In this document: one piece after another, positions 1 to 12,810 of the stretch
Numbering within the stretch: position 1 is the stretch's first letter
Layout: each line of letters starts with the position of its first letter
Assembly: GCF_024521635.1 (NCBI RefSeq)
Contig: NW_026250405.1
Span: forward strand, 434,001 to 498,000
Reading direction: 5' to 3'
Origin: Tricharina praecox
Taxonomy: Eukaryota
DNA: 64,000 bases
Position numbers and translations under genes: made by a program
The notes under the pieces: generated by a model
Told to the model about the DNA's origin: nothing
Database searches by the model: none
The model's input: only the letters and a program-made list of their open reading frames with translations

Positions 1-491
1 CCCACAACCAATCTAGACCTGATAAACCACCTGGCGCTTCGGCGGCCCTCCACGGCCCATTAAGAGTACGGTTATCACTACGCCGTGCACCCGCAGCGAT
101 AAGCGCCAATCGAAGCTCAAGCTCGAGCTCAAGCCCCAGGTATACTACCGCACCTAGTCAGGTACATGGGGCAAACATCGTGCAGACACCTCAGCTTCTC
201 AGGCGGATTCATTCATTCAACATCCAATCTATATTTCCGACTTCAAGCATGTAGGTCTAGGTAGACTATCTAGAAACATCTCAAGATCGCAAGCCATTAC
301 AAGCCCATTAAACCCTCCCTACGATCCTGTTCCAAGTTCCAACCTCAAAGAATTTATCATCGCATAAAACCGAATAAAAAACCAAACCAACATCGAACGA
401 ACGAACGAGAGTAACGAAGGTATAAGGATATAACGCCCCCAAGCGCCCATGTTTCGACGACAACGACGACAGCCACGACACTTTCTTCTAT

Positions 492-1992
492 CTATCTGAC
501 ACCTGTCCCGCCAAGCTCGAAAACCTTTTGCAGCGCCGTCTGGAATATCTGCACGTTGTAATCGACCAGTCCCTGCTTTTCGATGCCCTCCTTGCGCATG
601 AGACAGATCAATGCGAGGAATCTGTGTAACGGCGATCAGTAACACGCACCAACAAACGCATGAGAGAACATACTTGTTGATTTCCCGCAGGTACAAGACC
701 ATTCCGTTCTGCAGTCTGATCACACTGCTGACTTCGGGAATTTGCTCTTCCGTCTCGTCTAGGACCCTGCCGGGCGAGACCGGCGGCGATATTTGGCCAT
801 GTCCGTCATGGCCCGTCTTGCGGTCGTAACTGCATGCACTGCTGATCAGGAACCTGGGCATTTCTAGAACGCAAGACCACGTACCCATAAATTTCCGAGA
901 CGTCAACTATGACGTCGATGAAATCGCTGCATATCTCATAGCTCTGCACGTCGACTGGGCTAGAATCCGTAGCGATGTAGATCTTGCTGAGAACATCGAA
1001 AAGGAACGCCTTCTCGATGCCCGAGTTACTGCACAGGACGTTGAGCAAGTTCTCAAGTGTGCCCAATTGCGGCAGGAGCTTCTGGATGACTTTCGAAAAC
1101 GCTTCGAATATGCTGTGGTCGTAGATGCTGGTGAGGTGGTACGAGATCTGGACGTTATCGTAACCACCATCCTCTAGCTCGTCTTGGGTCCTCTGCATGA
1201 TATCCCGTTGCGTGTCCAGTTTGTATTCGTCCGACAAGCCGTCAACCTTGTGGATGAACACCTCGATGTTGACCATAGGATATGACCTCTGTAGCGCAAT
1301 AATGGTGGAATGCAAACGGGATAGAGGGTCCAGAATCTCATCCTGCGCATCAATGACCCAGATTAAAGCTCCAAGCTCGCCAAAGATGTTGTCGAAGTCG
1401 AACGTGTCGTCCAGAGGGTTAAGCTGGCCGGGGAAGTCCCATACTTGAAAATCCATGAACGAGCTGTGGACATATCTGTCAGCGCATGGACGGGGGTGGA
1501 TTTCGAGGCTCTCGGGGACGAACCTGATAGGGTCCTTCTGAATGCGGGTAGTGGACTCCAAAAACAGCGTTTCTGTAGGCGGCATCTTGTGGAATACCAC
1601 AGAGCTGATCGAAGACTTGCCACTCCTATGTGCAGAAAGTTAGTATCAGCGCTTTCGAGAAAGAGTGCACCTGCGAAGCCATACCTTCTCTGACCCATCA
1701 ACAGAAGCCTGGGCTTCCTATTCGTCCCTGATGGAGGAATACCTCCTGCATACGGTCCCGTGCTAGAGGTTGGACTCTGCATTCTCTTGCGACGTCTGGC
1801 AAATTCTGCTGTATCAATGTATCGGGCCTCGACACTGGAAGCTGGTGAGAGTTCCTGTTCGTCCGGTTCCTGTAGGAATCGTTCTAGTGAGTAAGAGCTT
1901 CTTCTCTCAAACTTGGGATGTGACGGCGGCCGTGCGGTCGCCGACGAATCCCCATCAGTGTCATCGATGAATCTCGTGTTTTTCCATGACAT
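492..1992 (-). CDS. GTR2: Rag/Gtr GTPase subunit Gtr2 (RagC/D homolog), 424 aa, 5 exons: 1992-1685, 1625-1524, 1463-885, 829-674, 621-492
   Basis: Spliced protein has [14 protein letters not shown] (G1), [23 protein letters not shown] (G3), FIHKVDGL (G4), [19 protein letters not shown] and a C-terminal roadblock-type region. All four GT-AG introns restore the frame. Confidence 0.95.
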
Positions 1993-4900
1993 GCTTGGAA
2001 ATCGCAATTCGCAAAAGCACAGTTAAGTGTTCAATGTGAGAGAATGAAGGAAATGGGAAAGGCTCGCAAGGTCCGTGAGAGGTAGAGGGAAGAAAGGGGA
2101 AATTGGTAGGGGCGAGTCTGATGGTATAAAGAGCAGCAAGTCCGCGAGCAGGGTACAGTTGAAAACAAGGAAAGACTGTCTATCTAGCAACAGTTGCTTC
2201 TCCCATGGTCCCAGCGCAGGTCCGCGGAAAGGTCCTTTCAGAGCAGCGGCGCCCCAGTCTCCGGGAGGCAAGGGAGCGCGGTGTTGTCGTGAGATGGTAG
2301 CCGTTGTTGTGGTGTGGGGTGTATGTCTGTATTTGTATGGGCTGCGAAATATCCTCGCGAGTCGTGGAGTCTTTAGAGCGAAGATCGTTGACGGTCCTTC
2401 TGCTCCTCCGGCAGCGGAATTGCGATGAGATTGGAAGTCCTTTGTGTTCCTTTCTGTCTTCCTTCCTTCCTTCTATGTTCCTCCGGCTGACATGCGTGTT
2501 GGGCGGTATGTTGGTTGTTTCAATGCCTGGGCAAACAAAGGGAGCCACCGCCCGCTAGGAGAGGGTTGCTTTTCGTTCGTACCCAGGTCCACGGTATGGG
2601 ATTGAGGCCGGAGGCTAGGGATGTAGTAGGCGACTTCCCAAACGCGTCCGTGCGCGGGGCAGGTATAAAATTTGTTGGTGGATGCAGCGGGCTGGTAGGT
2701 TGAGGTGGTGGTGGTTGCGGTGGGGGCTGCCGTCCAGGGAAGGAGAAACTTTTATGCAGATAGACAGTCTAACCTTAGGGTATCCAGGGAAAGGTTACGC
2801 ATGATAGTTGATGAAGAGCGATTGGAGCAGGCGGGACTGGACTCAAGGACTCGGAGACCAGAAGATGACATGAGAAAAAATGAGACGAACGGCCGGCGTG
2901 AATAAGTATGCCATATGGCTGTTGCGGCGGCAGCGAAGACGAGGGGCCAGGGCCTGAGGGAAAAGAAGGGAAGAGAAGGGCGTGAAGAAAAAAAATCGAG
3001 GAAAAAAAACAAAGACAAGCCTCTCGGAAAACTTAGGGAATGGACCGGAGGGAATTGAGGATGAAGAGATGGTGGGTGGCGGGGCTGAGGTCGTACCGTT
3101 TGTAGTCTTATGTCTCTCTCCACCTAGGTCTCGGTATGTATTGACTTTGCCTCTATGTAGATCTGTGTGTGTGTATGTGCGAAGATAATGTTTGAAGGTA
3201 CCTTGACAATAATTCAACATCCGAAGCTCGGTCTCGGTGCCGGGAATCTTACTGTTTCCTGCTGGTTCTCCTGCTGTTTCTTTCTTACCCCACCAACTTC
3301 CTCGGTGCAAGAAAACCTGGTCTGTATCAGCTTCCTTTCGGAGGGTCAGAGTCAGAGCCAGAAAGTGCAGCTGTATAGGAAGAGACACCCATCATCGCAT
3401 CAATCAACCGTTCATTGGGCGGACTACTCACTTTTCTGCAGATGAATGCGTTGCACTCTTTGCTTTGCTGCTGTTTGGTGCTTTGTTCGATAAGCAGCGC
3501 CGTATCTGCAGCTTCTTGCCTGCTGCCTACTTTGACTGTGCGCCTGCCTGACTTTGATCTTGAAGCTTGGATTGGTCGATAGTGGTTAACGTGCGCAGCG
3601 GGGGTGCTTTGCTTGCTTGCAACAGATTCTGTGCGGACGATGTGGGGGAGGAGGAGTGGGCGGAGGAGCTTGCTTGTTTGCTTTCCCAGTAGTCGATCGG
3701 TTGTAGGCGAGGCGTGACGAGAAAGGATCACACGACGGCGTGCCTTTTTCGAAGCTGTCTGTCTCTGCTCTGTCCGGCGCTGAAAATACCGCACCCTATT
3801 ACCCACAACCTTGGTTTTTCCCGGCAGTCAGGATCAGCCAATTACCCCGTCCGTCTGGTCGTCTTTGCTTATTTGCTTTTTGGAGAGTAGGGACGGAACG
3901 TCACAACCGCAGGCTCGAAACTAGCGGGTATAGCTGGGCTGACGGGCTTTTCGTTGCTGGACCTGGTTGATATATCAAGGTGGATGCTTGGTGTTTGGAG
4001 GAGGGTGTAGGAGCTGTGGGTGAGCGGTGAGTGGTAGATTGGTCGGTAGCGGCAAAGGAGGAGGGAGGTTTCGAGTTTCCAGGCAATCAGCGGACTTGGG
4101 AGTGCTGATTCACAGCTAGCAGACCGGGGCGGTAGTTAACAGCGATGGGACGGATGGATGAATAGGTCCGACGCGACCAGAGCGATTGATGGGATGTCGC
4201 GTTTACTTGTTCGTGGATTCGGAGGAGGCGGATTGGCTGGGCTCGTCGGGGTGGAGTCGAGATGGTTGGTGGTTGGTGGAATAGTTAAGGATTGTTCTTC
4301 TCTGGACTGACGTTGGAAAAGGGAGAGAAAGACGTCTTGGTGGCACGGGTACACAGACAGAGTCATAACTCCATTCGCCTTTCTTTCGCAATTGACCTCT
4401 CCGTCTCCATGACGAGGACGCGACAACCCGGCAACCAACCAGCAGCCAACCAGCAGCCAAAGGAGCCGCACGAACTAATACCTAGTACAGTACCAGTAAC
4501 TTTATCCATAATCATCATCATCCCATCAACCCACGGACAAACGGCCACAAACCCCACACCCATCGGCCATCACTGAGCCGAACGACTGCACCTAGCACTC
4601 TCGGAGCAAACAAGGCAAACACCAAACAAGTGAGATGGGCCATTGCAGAGACATATATGTGCTAACTGCCGAGCCGTCATCATCAGCAGATGTGTTTCAT
4701 CTCGGAACTTTTCGCGCCATGAAGCCGGTGGATGAGCATGGAAGAATGGAAGCTCCGAGACGACGCAGGCACACAGGCGATACCCCTCAGAAGGAAAGTC
4801 TTGAATGCATACAGCCAGACTTATTCCTCGCACCAGAGGCAAGGGTTCATTCCCGATTCCCGATGCTTCTTCCCGTCCAGAGATGACGTTTCTCAGCACT

Positions 4901-5376
4901 CGAGCTTATTGCTCGGCTGTGGGAAGCATCTGGACTCCGCAGATCATCCGTCACATTCAGAGTTCCCGATGTTTATGGGATCTGCGGGAAATGTCTGGAG
5001 CGGCTGTCAGCCGCTGGCGAAGCACTTTACTTCACATAGCCGCGCCGTGCATCCGCGGCACCGAGGCCGATCGAGCAGACATTTCGTATATGCATCTGCT
5101 CGTGAGCAAAGTTTCGTTTGTGAAACCGTAGCTCTTCATCATAAGCGTACGATTTCTTGTCTGTATGATACATATAGCCACAATACCCTACACAGTTTCC
5201 AAAGGCAGACAAGGCGAGACGTCAGCTTGATTGAGCTAGATAGAGTAGAGTGAATCGAGATGATATTCTTGTGGAGACATCACCAGAATTCAACTGATTC
5301 TTTTCCGGCTGCAGCTGTGTTGGTGCTTTTTCTATCACGTGATGGCCAGGTAACTTCCTGCGCAGTCCGCAAGGAA

Positions 5377-5382
5377 ACGCGT
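5377..5382 (+). promoter_or_regulatory. MCB element (ACGCGT) upstream of MIS12
   Basis: Perfect ACGCGT about 55 nt before the MIS12 ATG. MBF/MCB control of G1/S genes is established in ascomycete yeasts; function here is inferred. Confidence 0.45.
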
Positions 5383-5436
5383 CTCCACCATTCCCTCAGC
5401 ACCAGCACCCCGCCAACCCACCCGACCGCAGACACA

Positions 5437-6515
5437 ATGGCCTTCCCTCCCACCGCATCCTCCAACGCTTTGCTAAGCGAACACTTTGGCTACACGCCGC
5501 TCACGCTTGTCGACGATGTCATCAACAGTGTCAACGAGCTCGTCTTCGGCGCGGTGATGTCCGTCGAAAACGCCCTGTTCAAGATGAAGCCTGAAAGTCT
5601 GGGCTTCAAGACGGCCCCGGGAATGATCCGTGATGTGGACGATAACGGGAAGCTCATGCTTACGGAAGAGGAGATGGGGGAACTCCAAAATGGACTGCAT
5701 CAGCTAGAGACCCTGTGGACGGATGCTGTGGATAAAGCGTTCGATAAGTGGGAGATCTACGCTATGAGGAACATCATGGTCGTGGATCCGGATCTGGTTC
5801 CGTGGGTGCAATTGGCGCATCACAAGGTGGGGTTGCGTGTCTATGGGGGTTGGGGACTCGTGCTGACCAGGAGAAGGGAATCGACTTCACCGTGCAACCT
5901 TCACCCGAGAACGCCGAAGACAAAGACAAAGCCAAGGTTCCTGAACCCACCGCAATGGACATTGACACGGACACGGACGTCCCCTCCGCAACCGACGCCC
6001 ACCCAGTTCCGCGCGAGCGCCTCCAACTCCGTCAACTCCGACAGAGCAACCTGGCCTCGTACGCTTTCAACCTCAAGCTGCACGCCGAAAAAGCTGAGAA
6101 CGAGCGGCTTATCGCGCAGTTGCGCACTCTCGTCGCATCTACGAACCCCTCGTACACCGGCGAGCCAACGCCATTCTCCCTAATCGCCGGTGCACAGGGG
6201 ACGAAAGATGCGGCGACGTTTGTGGCGTCGCAGTTCAGCGGGATTAAGAGTCTTGTTGCGGATGTGACTCCGAAGTGGGATGAGATGCAGCGGGGGTTGC
6301 AGAAGGAGCCAGACGTGGCTCTGGGTCCTGAGGCTGAGAGGAGGAAGTATATCGAGGTTATGACTAGGAAACATTTGGAGGTTATCCCCGGGTTGAGGTT
6401 GAATGCGCAGGGTGAGGTCGTCGGCGGGGATTATAATTACAACGATAGGAAGGATTCCGAGGAGGTACAGAGACTCGAGGAGATTGCGGGGAAAGTCACG
6501 AAAGGCGGGCGGTGA
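5437..6515 (+). CDS. MIS12: Kinetochore MIND complex subunit Mis12/Mtw1, about 342 aa, exons 5437-5826 and 5877-6515 (alternative in-frame exon start 5871)
   Basis: N-terminus LLSEHFGYTPLTLVDDVINSVNEL...GLHQLETLWTDAVDKAFDKWEIYAMRNI is the Mis12 family signature. An intron (GTGGGG...GCTGAC...AG) joins ORFs 5260 and 5748. Confidence 0.92.
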
Positions 6516-6898
6516 TTGCAGGAATTTGCTTTCGTTTGGGCGGCGTCTTTGGCGTTTTTTACTCGATTGGTTATATATCATAATGCCACAATTGTTATTC
6601 TACAATACCATGATGGCAATGTGATGAATTCCAGTCCTACCATATATATATCTGTGTGACCGGATGAAGTCTGCGGGGCTCCGTTCCATCGATCGGCGAG
6701 CCTTCCCGGATCCCGAATTGGTGGGACGCGACAGTCAGGGATCAGTGTTAGTTCCACCATGACGGGCCGTGAAATCTATCTCTCCGGTGCACAAGCCAGA
6801 ACAGCGTATGAAACACGCAACGGTGTCCCTCTCACCCTCCACACCACACTACGCCCACCACCTCACCACCGCCGACAACACAATCAAACAAACCAAAT

Positions 6899-7772
6899 AT
6901 GTCCGACGGCGTCCCCCGCAACCGCAAACCGCCTCTCCCACCCGCCTCCCCAGGGTCTAAAAAGTCCTCCAAGAAAAGTGCCGACGACGACGACGAGTCC
7001 CTGCCACGAACCATCAGCTTCGTCGACCTCCTGCGCGTGCTCTCGGGGCTCCTCGTCCTCAGCTGCGTCTTCAGCTGGCTAATAACCGATGGCTCCTCAC
7101 TGACGTGGAACTACCGGCCCCGCATCAGCCGCTGGCGCACTCTGAAATCCATCTTCGTACGTCTCTCCCGCCGCCCTCTCCGCGCCGGAGGAGGCCGCTA
7201 ACAACCCCTAGCAACCCTCCGTTCTCCTGACCGAGCACGAGCTGAGTGCGTACACGGGCGCGGACGCCGGGCAGCCAATCTACGTCGCCGTCAACGGCTC
7301 CGTCTTCGACGTCTCCGCGAACCCCGGCATGTACGGCCCCGGCGGCGGGTACAGCTTCTTCGCGGGGCGGGACGCGGCGCGCGCGTTCGTGTCTGGGTGC
7401 TTCGATACGGATCTGACGCACGACCTGCGCGGGCTCGAGGAGATGTATATCACCGGCACGGCTCGTGTGGAGGATGATGCCGAGGCGGCGGAGATCGAGA
7501 CGCTGGTCACCGAGGGGAGGCAGGAGACCCAGGGCCGCGTTAGGTGGTTGAGAAAGAGGCGCGAGAAGAGGCGCCAGGAGGCGCTGCTGAAGGTCAAGAA
7601 GCAGATTGATCATTGGGATAATTTCTTTAGGTTCCATGATAAGTACTTTTATGTCGGCCAGGTGTTGCATGAGAGTTTAGAGGACATGCCGGTGAGGGAG
7701 CTCTGCAAGAAGCAGGGGAAGGGGAAGAGGGGTGGCAAGGCGGGCAAAGCGCCTTCGGGTGGGAGTAGGTAG
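6899..7772 (+). CDS. Membrane-associated progesterone receptor family cytochrome b5-like heme/steroid-binding protein, 272 aa, exons 6899-7156 and 7212-7772
   Basis: N-terminal TM helix (LLRVLSGLLVLSCVFSWLI), then LTEHELSAYTG...PIYVAVNGSVFDVS...MYGPGGGYSFFAGRDAARAF. Intron GTACGT...GCTAAC...TAG. Confidence 0.9.
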
Positions 7773-8272
7773 GCGTGGTAGAGTGTACGATGTTGTATGC
7801 GTCTGTCTCTTTGTCTCTCTGTCTATTTATAAGTGCAAGTGGGAAGATAGTTTTGTTTATTTACTACGTACGTCAGTGGACTCAAGCGGGCATTGAGTGG
7901 AAGTGTATCAAGAACCGTGCTGAGATATTCGTATTCATGTCTACTCAGCAGGCGCACGGTAGGATACCGTATCTAAAACCAACGCAGCACTTGAGGTATG
8001 ACAGCGAGCATCGAGTCTATCGAGAGATTGCGCAGATATAAGGACGAATGAATGATAGTAGAGCGTCATGAAGTCTGTTATAGAGCACGCGTTTTGAAAC
8101 AGATGGTGGACTTGGAACGTGAATTCGTTATTTTGTTTTGATTCGCATTCCCAGTATGCACAAAGAAGAAGACCCTCAACACCCAAAGCAAAAGGCACGA
8201 AGAGAAATTTTGTATTTTCCCCTCCACCCAAAAGAAAGAACAAAACACGAGTTAACGTCCTATCTTTTCCTT

Positions 8273-8801
8273 CTACTCGGCAGCGGCGACAGCTCTCGCT
8301 AAAGACACGCATATCCGTCAGCAATCTCCCTTTGTGGTGGCTGTTGAATTCGTGGTGGCAAAACGTACTGTAGATGGAAAGCTTAGAGTGTCCAACAATC
8401 TTCTTGATGACACCCCTCTCCTCGAGGTCGGCGAGCGCCTTGCGGGCGAGCGATCCGTTGATCTTCAGTCTGTCGACGAGAACAGCGGTGGTGATCAGAC
8501 GGTAGGTGAGGACGTCCTTGTTAAGACGCTCCTGGACAAGCTTGTCCATGATGACGGCATGCTGGGCCTTGTCCTTGACTATAGTCGCGCGTCGATATCA
8601 GCGTCGCAATTCGCAAGATCGTGGGCGTGCGGTGGGGCAGTTCATACCCTTTCCCTTGGACCACTTCTTCTTCTGCTTCTTTCCTCCTTGAGCTGCGGCG
8701 GGGGCCTATCGTCGAATCCAAATCAGCCCACTATCCTTCTTCCTCTTTTCCCCTTCGATTCCCAAGTGCCGCCCTCCGGAGGTATCGCGAAAACGTACCA
8801 T
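8273..8801 (-). CDS. RPS25: 40S ribosomal protein S25 (eS25), 98 aa, exons 8801-8799 (ATG only), 8705-8648, 8578-8369, 8298-8273
   Basis: MAPAAAQGGKKQKKKWSKGKVKDKAQHAV...[48 protein letters not shown]. Three canonical introns restore the frame. Confidence 0.96.
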
Positions 8802-8945
8802 GATTGCTGTAGCTTGTTGTTTGAAACGGCGTGGCGGCTGGCGTTCAAGGTGGGGAGGTTCGTTCCGTCGTCGTCAGTCGTCGTATCTCGAAATCCGTGT
8901 GTGTTGCGGCGACAAGCTCAGCTGCGATTTGTGTGCGATCGCTAG

Positions 8946-9001
8946 TGTGACTTTGGTGCGATGTGTGCGAAACGCCAAGAGCCCACAGGGCTCGAAGCCC
9001 T
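8946..9001 (-). promoter_or_regulatory. Putative ribosomal-protein promoter motifs (Homol-D-like AAGTCACA and AGCCC repeats)
   Basis: TGTGACTT at 8946-8953 is a 7/8 match to Homol-D CAGTCACA on the minus strand. Also an inverted repeat GAGCCC-aca-GGGCTC at 8979-8993 and AGCCCT at 8996-9001, 145-200 nt upstream of RPS25. Confidence 0.35.
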
Positions 9002-9573
9002 CAACTGCAGCAGCTTGAAAAATGCATAGATTAAAGGCTTGCAAGCTCAAAGAGTATATTCAGTGGCTATTGAGAAGGTAACCGAGAGAGATAATGGTTT
9101 TTCATGCAGATTGAATTTCGACTCCGAAATGAAAGAAGCGAGTGATAAGCTCGAGACCAGTCTATCAATACAGTGTTCACGAAGGCAGTAGCCCGCAACA
9201 TGGACCCCGCAGCAGAGTATGCTTGTCTTTTCCGTAGCCCAAGATCATAAAGTTTTTTTTTGTTTAATCATCATTGCATTCGTCCTTACTAGATCATGGC
9301 AGTTACAACTCAGTTCCATCCCACTGTCCTGCCCGCAACCAAACAGCGCGACATGTGTACCCCATTGCCTTCCGCCCGGTCCATTGCCCAAGGTCATGGA
9401 GCGATAAAGCAAAAGTAACATGCCAATAACAGATCAAGTGACATCCTAAACACCGTGCAGCATAAATTACCAAAATTCATTCATAGCATCATACAATTGG
9501 TATCCCACACACATCACGGAGCAGACAAAAACCCAGCAAAACTCCGCACAGATATAGCACCAGCACCGCACAT

Positions 9574-10323
9574 CTATGCCATCATATCTTCGTCCTCTAT
9601 CGCCCTAGCCGCACCGACAACCTCTTCAACAGCTTGTTCAAACGCAGCCCTACTCTCCTCCAGTATCGCCGTAAACTCCTTCATAGCCTTCCTCTGCTCC
9701 TCAATCTCCCTCATCATCACGTCATTCCTCCTCCTAGTCTCCGCCAACTTCTCCTCCTCCCTCTCCACCGCCATCCTAAGCACGGGCCTAAGATGCGCCT
9801 CGACGACATCCCTGGGCGGCAACAGCGACGGGGTGACTGGGACCGCGCCCTCAGGCGCGGCCCTCCTCCTCTCGATCGCCTCAGCCATCAACTCATCGAG
9901 CGCATTGAGGCTCTGCACGACCTTGCGCCGGTGGAAGATGAGGTCCAACTCCGACGGCCCGCGGGTAACCATGTGTGTGGTCATGGCCGTGTGTAGCATT
10001 TCGAGCTTGCGCGGATTCGCGCTCGCGAGCTTCGGAAAACAGCTGCTGAAGTTCACAACGGTTATCGGCGACATGCTTTTGCTGAGCGCGCGGTTGTAGG
10101 CGGCGCGTAGCGCTGAGGCTCGTGCGCCTTCGATCAGAGGGACGTCGGGAGACTGCTCGTCGTCTTCTTCTGGTTGTTGCTCATCTTGCGGTTGCTCAGC
10201 TTGCGGTTGCTCGTCTTGTGGTTGCTCGTTTTGCGTTTGCTCGTCTTGCGGAGGTTGGGTTGCCTCTTCTTGCAGGGGTTGCGGCTCTGAGGGGGTTGCG
10301 TCGGCCAGCGGAAGTTCTGCCAT
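9574..10323 (-). CDS. NNF1: Kinetochore MIND complex subunit Nnf1 (PMF1), 249 aa, intronless
   Basis: Q/E/P-rich N-terminus, then GARASALRAAYNRALSKS...NFSSCFP...IFHRRKVVQSLNALDELMAEA...P and a C-terminal coiled coil, typical of Nnf1. Confidence 0.85.
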   Translation of the reverse strand: MAELPLADATPSEPQPLQEEATQPPQDEQTQNEQPQDEQPQAEQPQDEQQPEEDDEQSPDVPLIEGARASALRAAYNRALSKSMSPITVVNFSSCFPKLASANPRKLEMLHTAMTTHMVTRGPSELDLIFHRRKVVQSLNALDELMAEAIERRRAAPEGAVPVTPSLLPPRDVVEAHLRPVLRMAVEREEEKLAETRRRNDVMMREIEEQRKAMKEFTAILEESRAAFEQAVEEVVGAARAIEDEDMMA

Positions 10324-10592
10324 TTCAAAGTGGTGTTGGTCGTGGAGTGCTGGGCGCGTGGGGAGACGCGACGAGACGTCGGTATTTCATGGGAGATGGT
10401 ATGTGCACGTGATTTCATAGGAAGTCACTCCGTTTTGGTAAAATACAAACGAGTGATAATCATCACGTCTCTAAAGAAAAATGGCAAAATAGATCCCAAG
10501 AACAGATATCGTAATACAATTCAACAGCAAATAACGCCTTCAGCATTAACAAAACCAATGTCCCAGGAAAAAAATAAAACAAGACTTCGCAT

Positions 10593-12287
10593 TTACGCTG
10601 CCGGTGGCGGTACCACCACCTTTCCGCCCTCGACAATGGTCTGAAGATCCACCTTCCCTTTATCATCCCACTCCACCCTCTTCCACGTCTTGACTGTAGC
10701 CACGGTCGCATCAATTTCGAACAATCTGACACGACGGATGTAGTCGTTATATCCACCATACCCACCGAACCCGCTTCCTCCCGCGTAGCAGAGCCACATC
10801 TTGTCTAAGAGGCAGTAGTCGTTCGCATGATCGTGACCAGCAGAGACGACAGTGACTCCCGCGGCGACCATAGCATCCTGGAAGCCAGAGTTGTGACTGG
10901 GAGATGTTGGGTTCTCGCGACGCTCACCGACCATTGGAACACCGGCCAAACGGTACTCCGGCAGTGGAATGTGAATGAACGCCATGTTCATATGGATGTA
11001 CGAGTATTTGTTATGCGACTCCTTTAAGCTCTCAGCTGTATTTTTGAACCAGTCGATCTGGTAGTCCTTGATCCAGTCGTAACCATCAACGTTTGGGTCA
11101 GGACTGTAGGAGTGAGAATCGAGGAACCACAGGGTCAGCGCTTGGTGCTCAGCGCGGTTGTGGGCGACGACTTCGACTCGGTAGTTGCCCGCGCCGCCCT
11201 CATGCACGAGACGGCCTTTTCTGTCTTTGACTAGAGGACCCATTTCCGGGCCGACTTCGGACAACGAGTAGGGGAGCGATGCGGTCATTTTCATGATCTG
11301 CTCACGCGTCAAGAAGGATTCGTCGTCGTGGTTTCCGAGGATGGTGGCGAAGGGGATCTTTCGCGAGATAAACGGTTCAGCAAATTTGTAAAGCGCGGTT
11401 TGGACATCTGGAGCTGTGTCGCCATTGATCTGGTCGCCGGTGAGCACCGCGATGTCGGGTTTCTCGTCGTCGAGGATCTTGCGGAGGAAGTCGAGAGTTC
11501 GGGGGTCGGCCTCGCAGTTCTTTGCAGTCTCCGGTGGGGCTGCATCGCGACACTTTCCAACGCCAGTCGAAAGGTGAAGGTCTGTCCAATCAGTCCGCCA
11601 TCATCAACCAGCAAGGGAAGGAGGATTACCAGCAACTTGAATGATCTTGAGCTTGTGGTTCTTCGGCATCATGACCTGCGGTTTCTTGACCTCTACTTTC
11701 TGTCCCCTCCTCACCGTCAATCTCGGCGTTTCGCCAACGCTCATTGACCCCTCCTTCAGCTGCCAGCCCTCCCGCACCTCCACTGCGTCGGGACCAAACA
11801 GCACCTCCACCGCGGTGATGGCAACTTCGCTCAGCTTCGCCTGTCGCTTGATCCATAGACCTCCCGGTCTTGCTTCCCAGGCTGTTTCCTTATCTCCCGC
11901 GCCCTCCGAAGGTTCTGGCTGCTTTCTACTAAGCCGCACGTCCAATACAACCTTCTCCCCAGATGCGGGCGTAAACTCGGTCTCCTTCTTGCGCTTGAAG
12001 TGAAGGAAGCCCTTCTGCAACCACGAGCCGCCAAGAAAAAGGTCCTTCGGAATCTTGGTCCATCCGTCGTCGGCGCTCAACTCGCAATTAGACCACGGCG
12101 AGCATTGGAGGTAATCGATGTCGGTTATGATGGTGCCGTCATGATGTTCGGGAAGGAGGTAGTGCACCCCCGTATGGACCTTTTGCGGCAACACGCGAAA
12201 ACGAGATTCCAGAACGAAGAGAAGACCAGCAAGAAGGAACGAGAGAAGCGTTACTTTGATTATCGTGCGCACTATTCGTCGCGCCAT
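10593..12287 (-). CDS. DCR2: DCR2/SIA1-type calcineurin-like metallophosphoesterase, 548 aa, exons 12287-11630 and 11581-10593
   Basis: N-terminal signal/TM anchor. Metallophosphoesterase motifs KIIQVADLH, GDQING, GNHD, FIHIPLPEY, GHDHAND and GFGGYGG. Confidence 0.88.
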
Positions 12288-12810
12288 GATGGGTGGTAGG
12301 GCGTTGTGGGGTCACCGCAGGAAGTAGGGTGATGTGGTGGTGGTGGCGGTGTAGAGAGGTGAGCTGAAGGTAGCGAAACAATGGTGGCATATCCGTGGTC
12401 GTGACAATGCTGGCTCTACGTGCATGTGACAAGGATCAGATGATACAAGTATTGATTTCCGTTCAAAGGAACTGAATTTTACAGTAAAAGCACAACCGGG
12501 TGCTTGACTATTGTACATACAAAGTTACAGTCATCATCATCATAATCATCGACAGGAAGGACGTAAGGAAGTACAGATAAGAAAGCAAACGGAAACGCAA
12601 AAACAACAAAAGCAAGCACCGATCTTCCCGCTGATCCAAAACCCATCCATCGCCATAACCCCAGTGTAAACAAAATCGAAGTAAACAAACCGTTTGAATA
12701 CGCCCGTAGTCATACCATCATGTGTATCTTAATCACCCCATCTTCATTATCGCCTCCACCTTACTCTTGATCTTCTCCAAGTCGGCCTCACTTTCGGTGC
12801 GAGAAGAACC

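Noticed and set aside
3327..3806. 159-codon minus-strand ORF
   Set aside because: GTG start and no recognisable domain. It is treated as part of the putative GTR2 leader or lncRNA.
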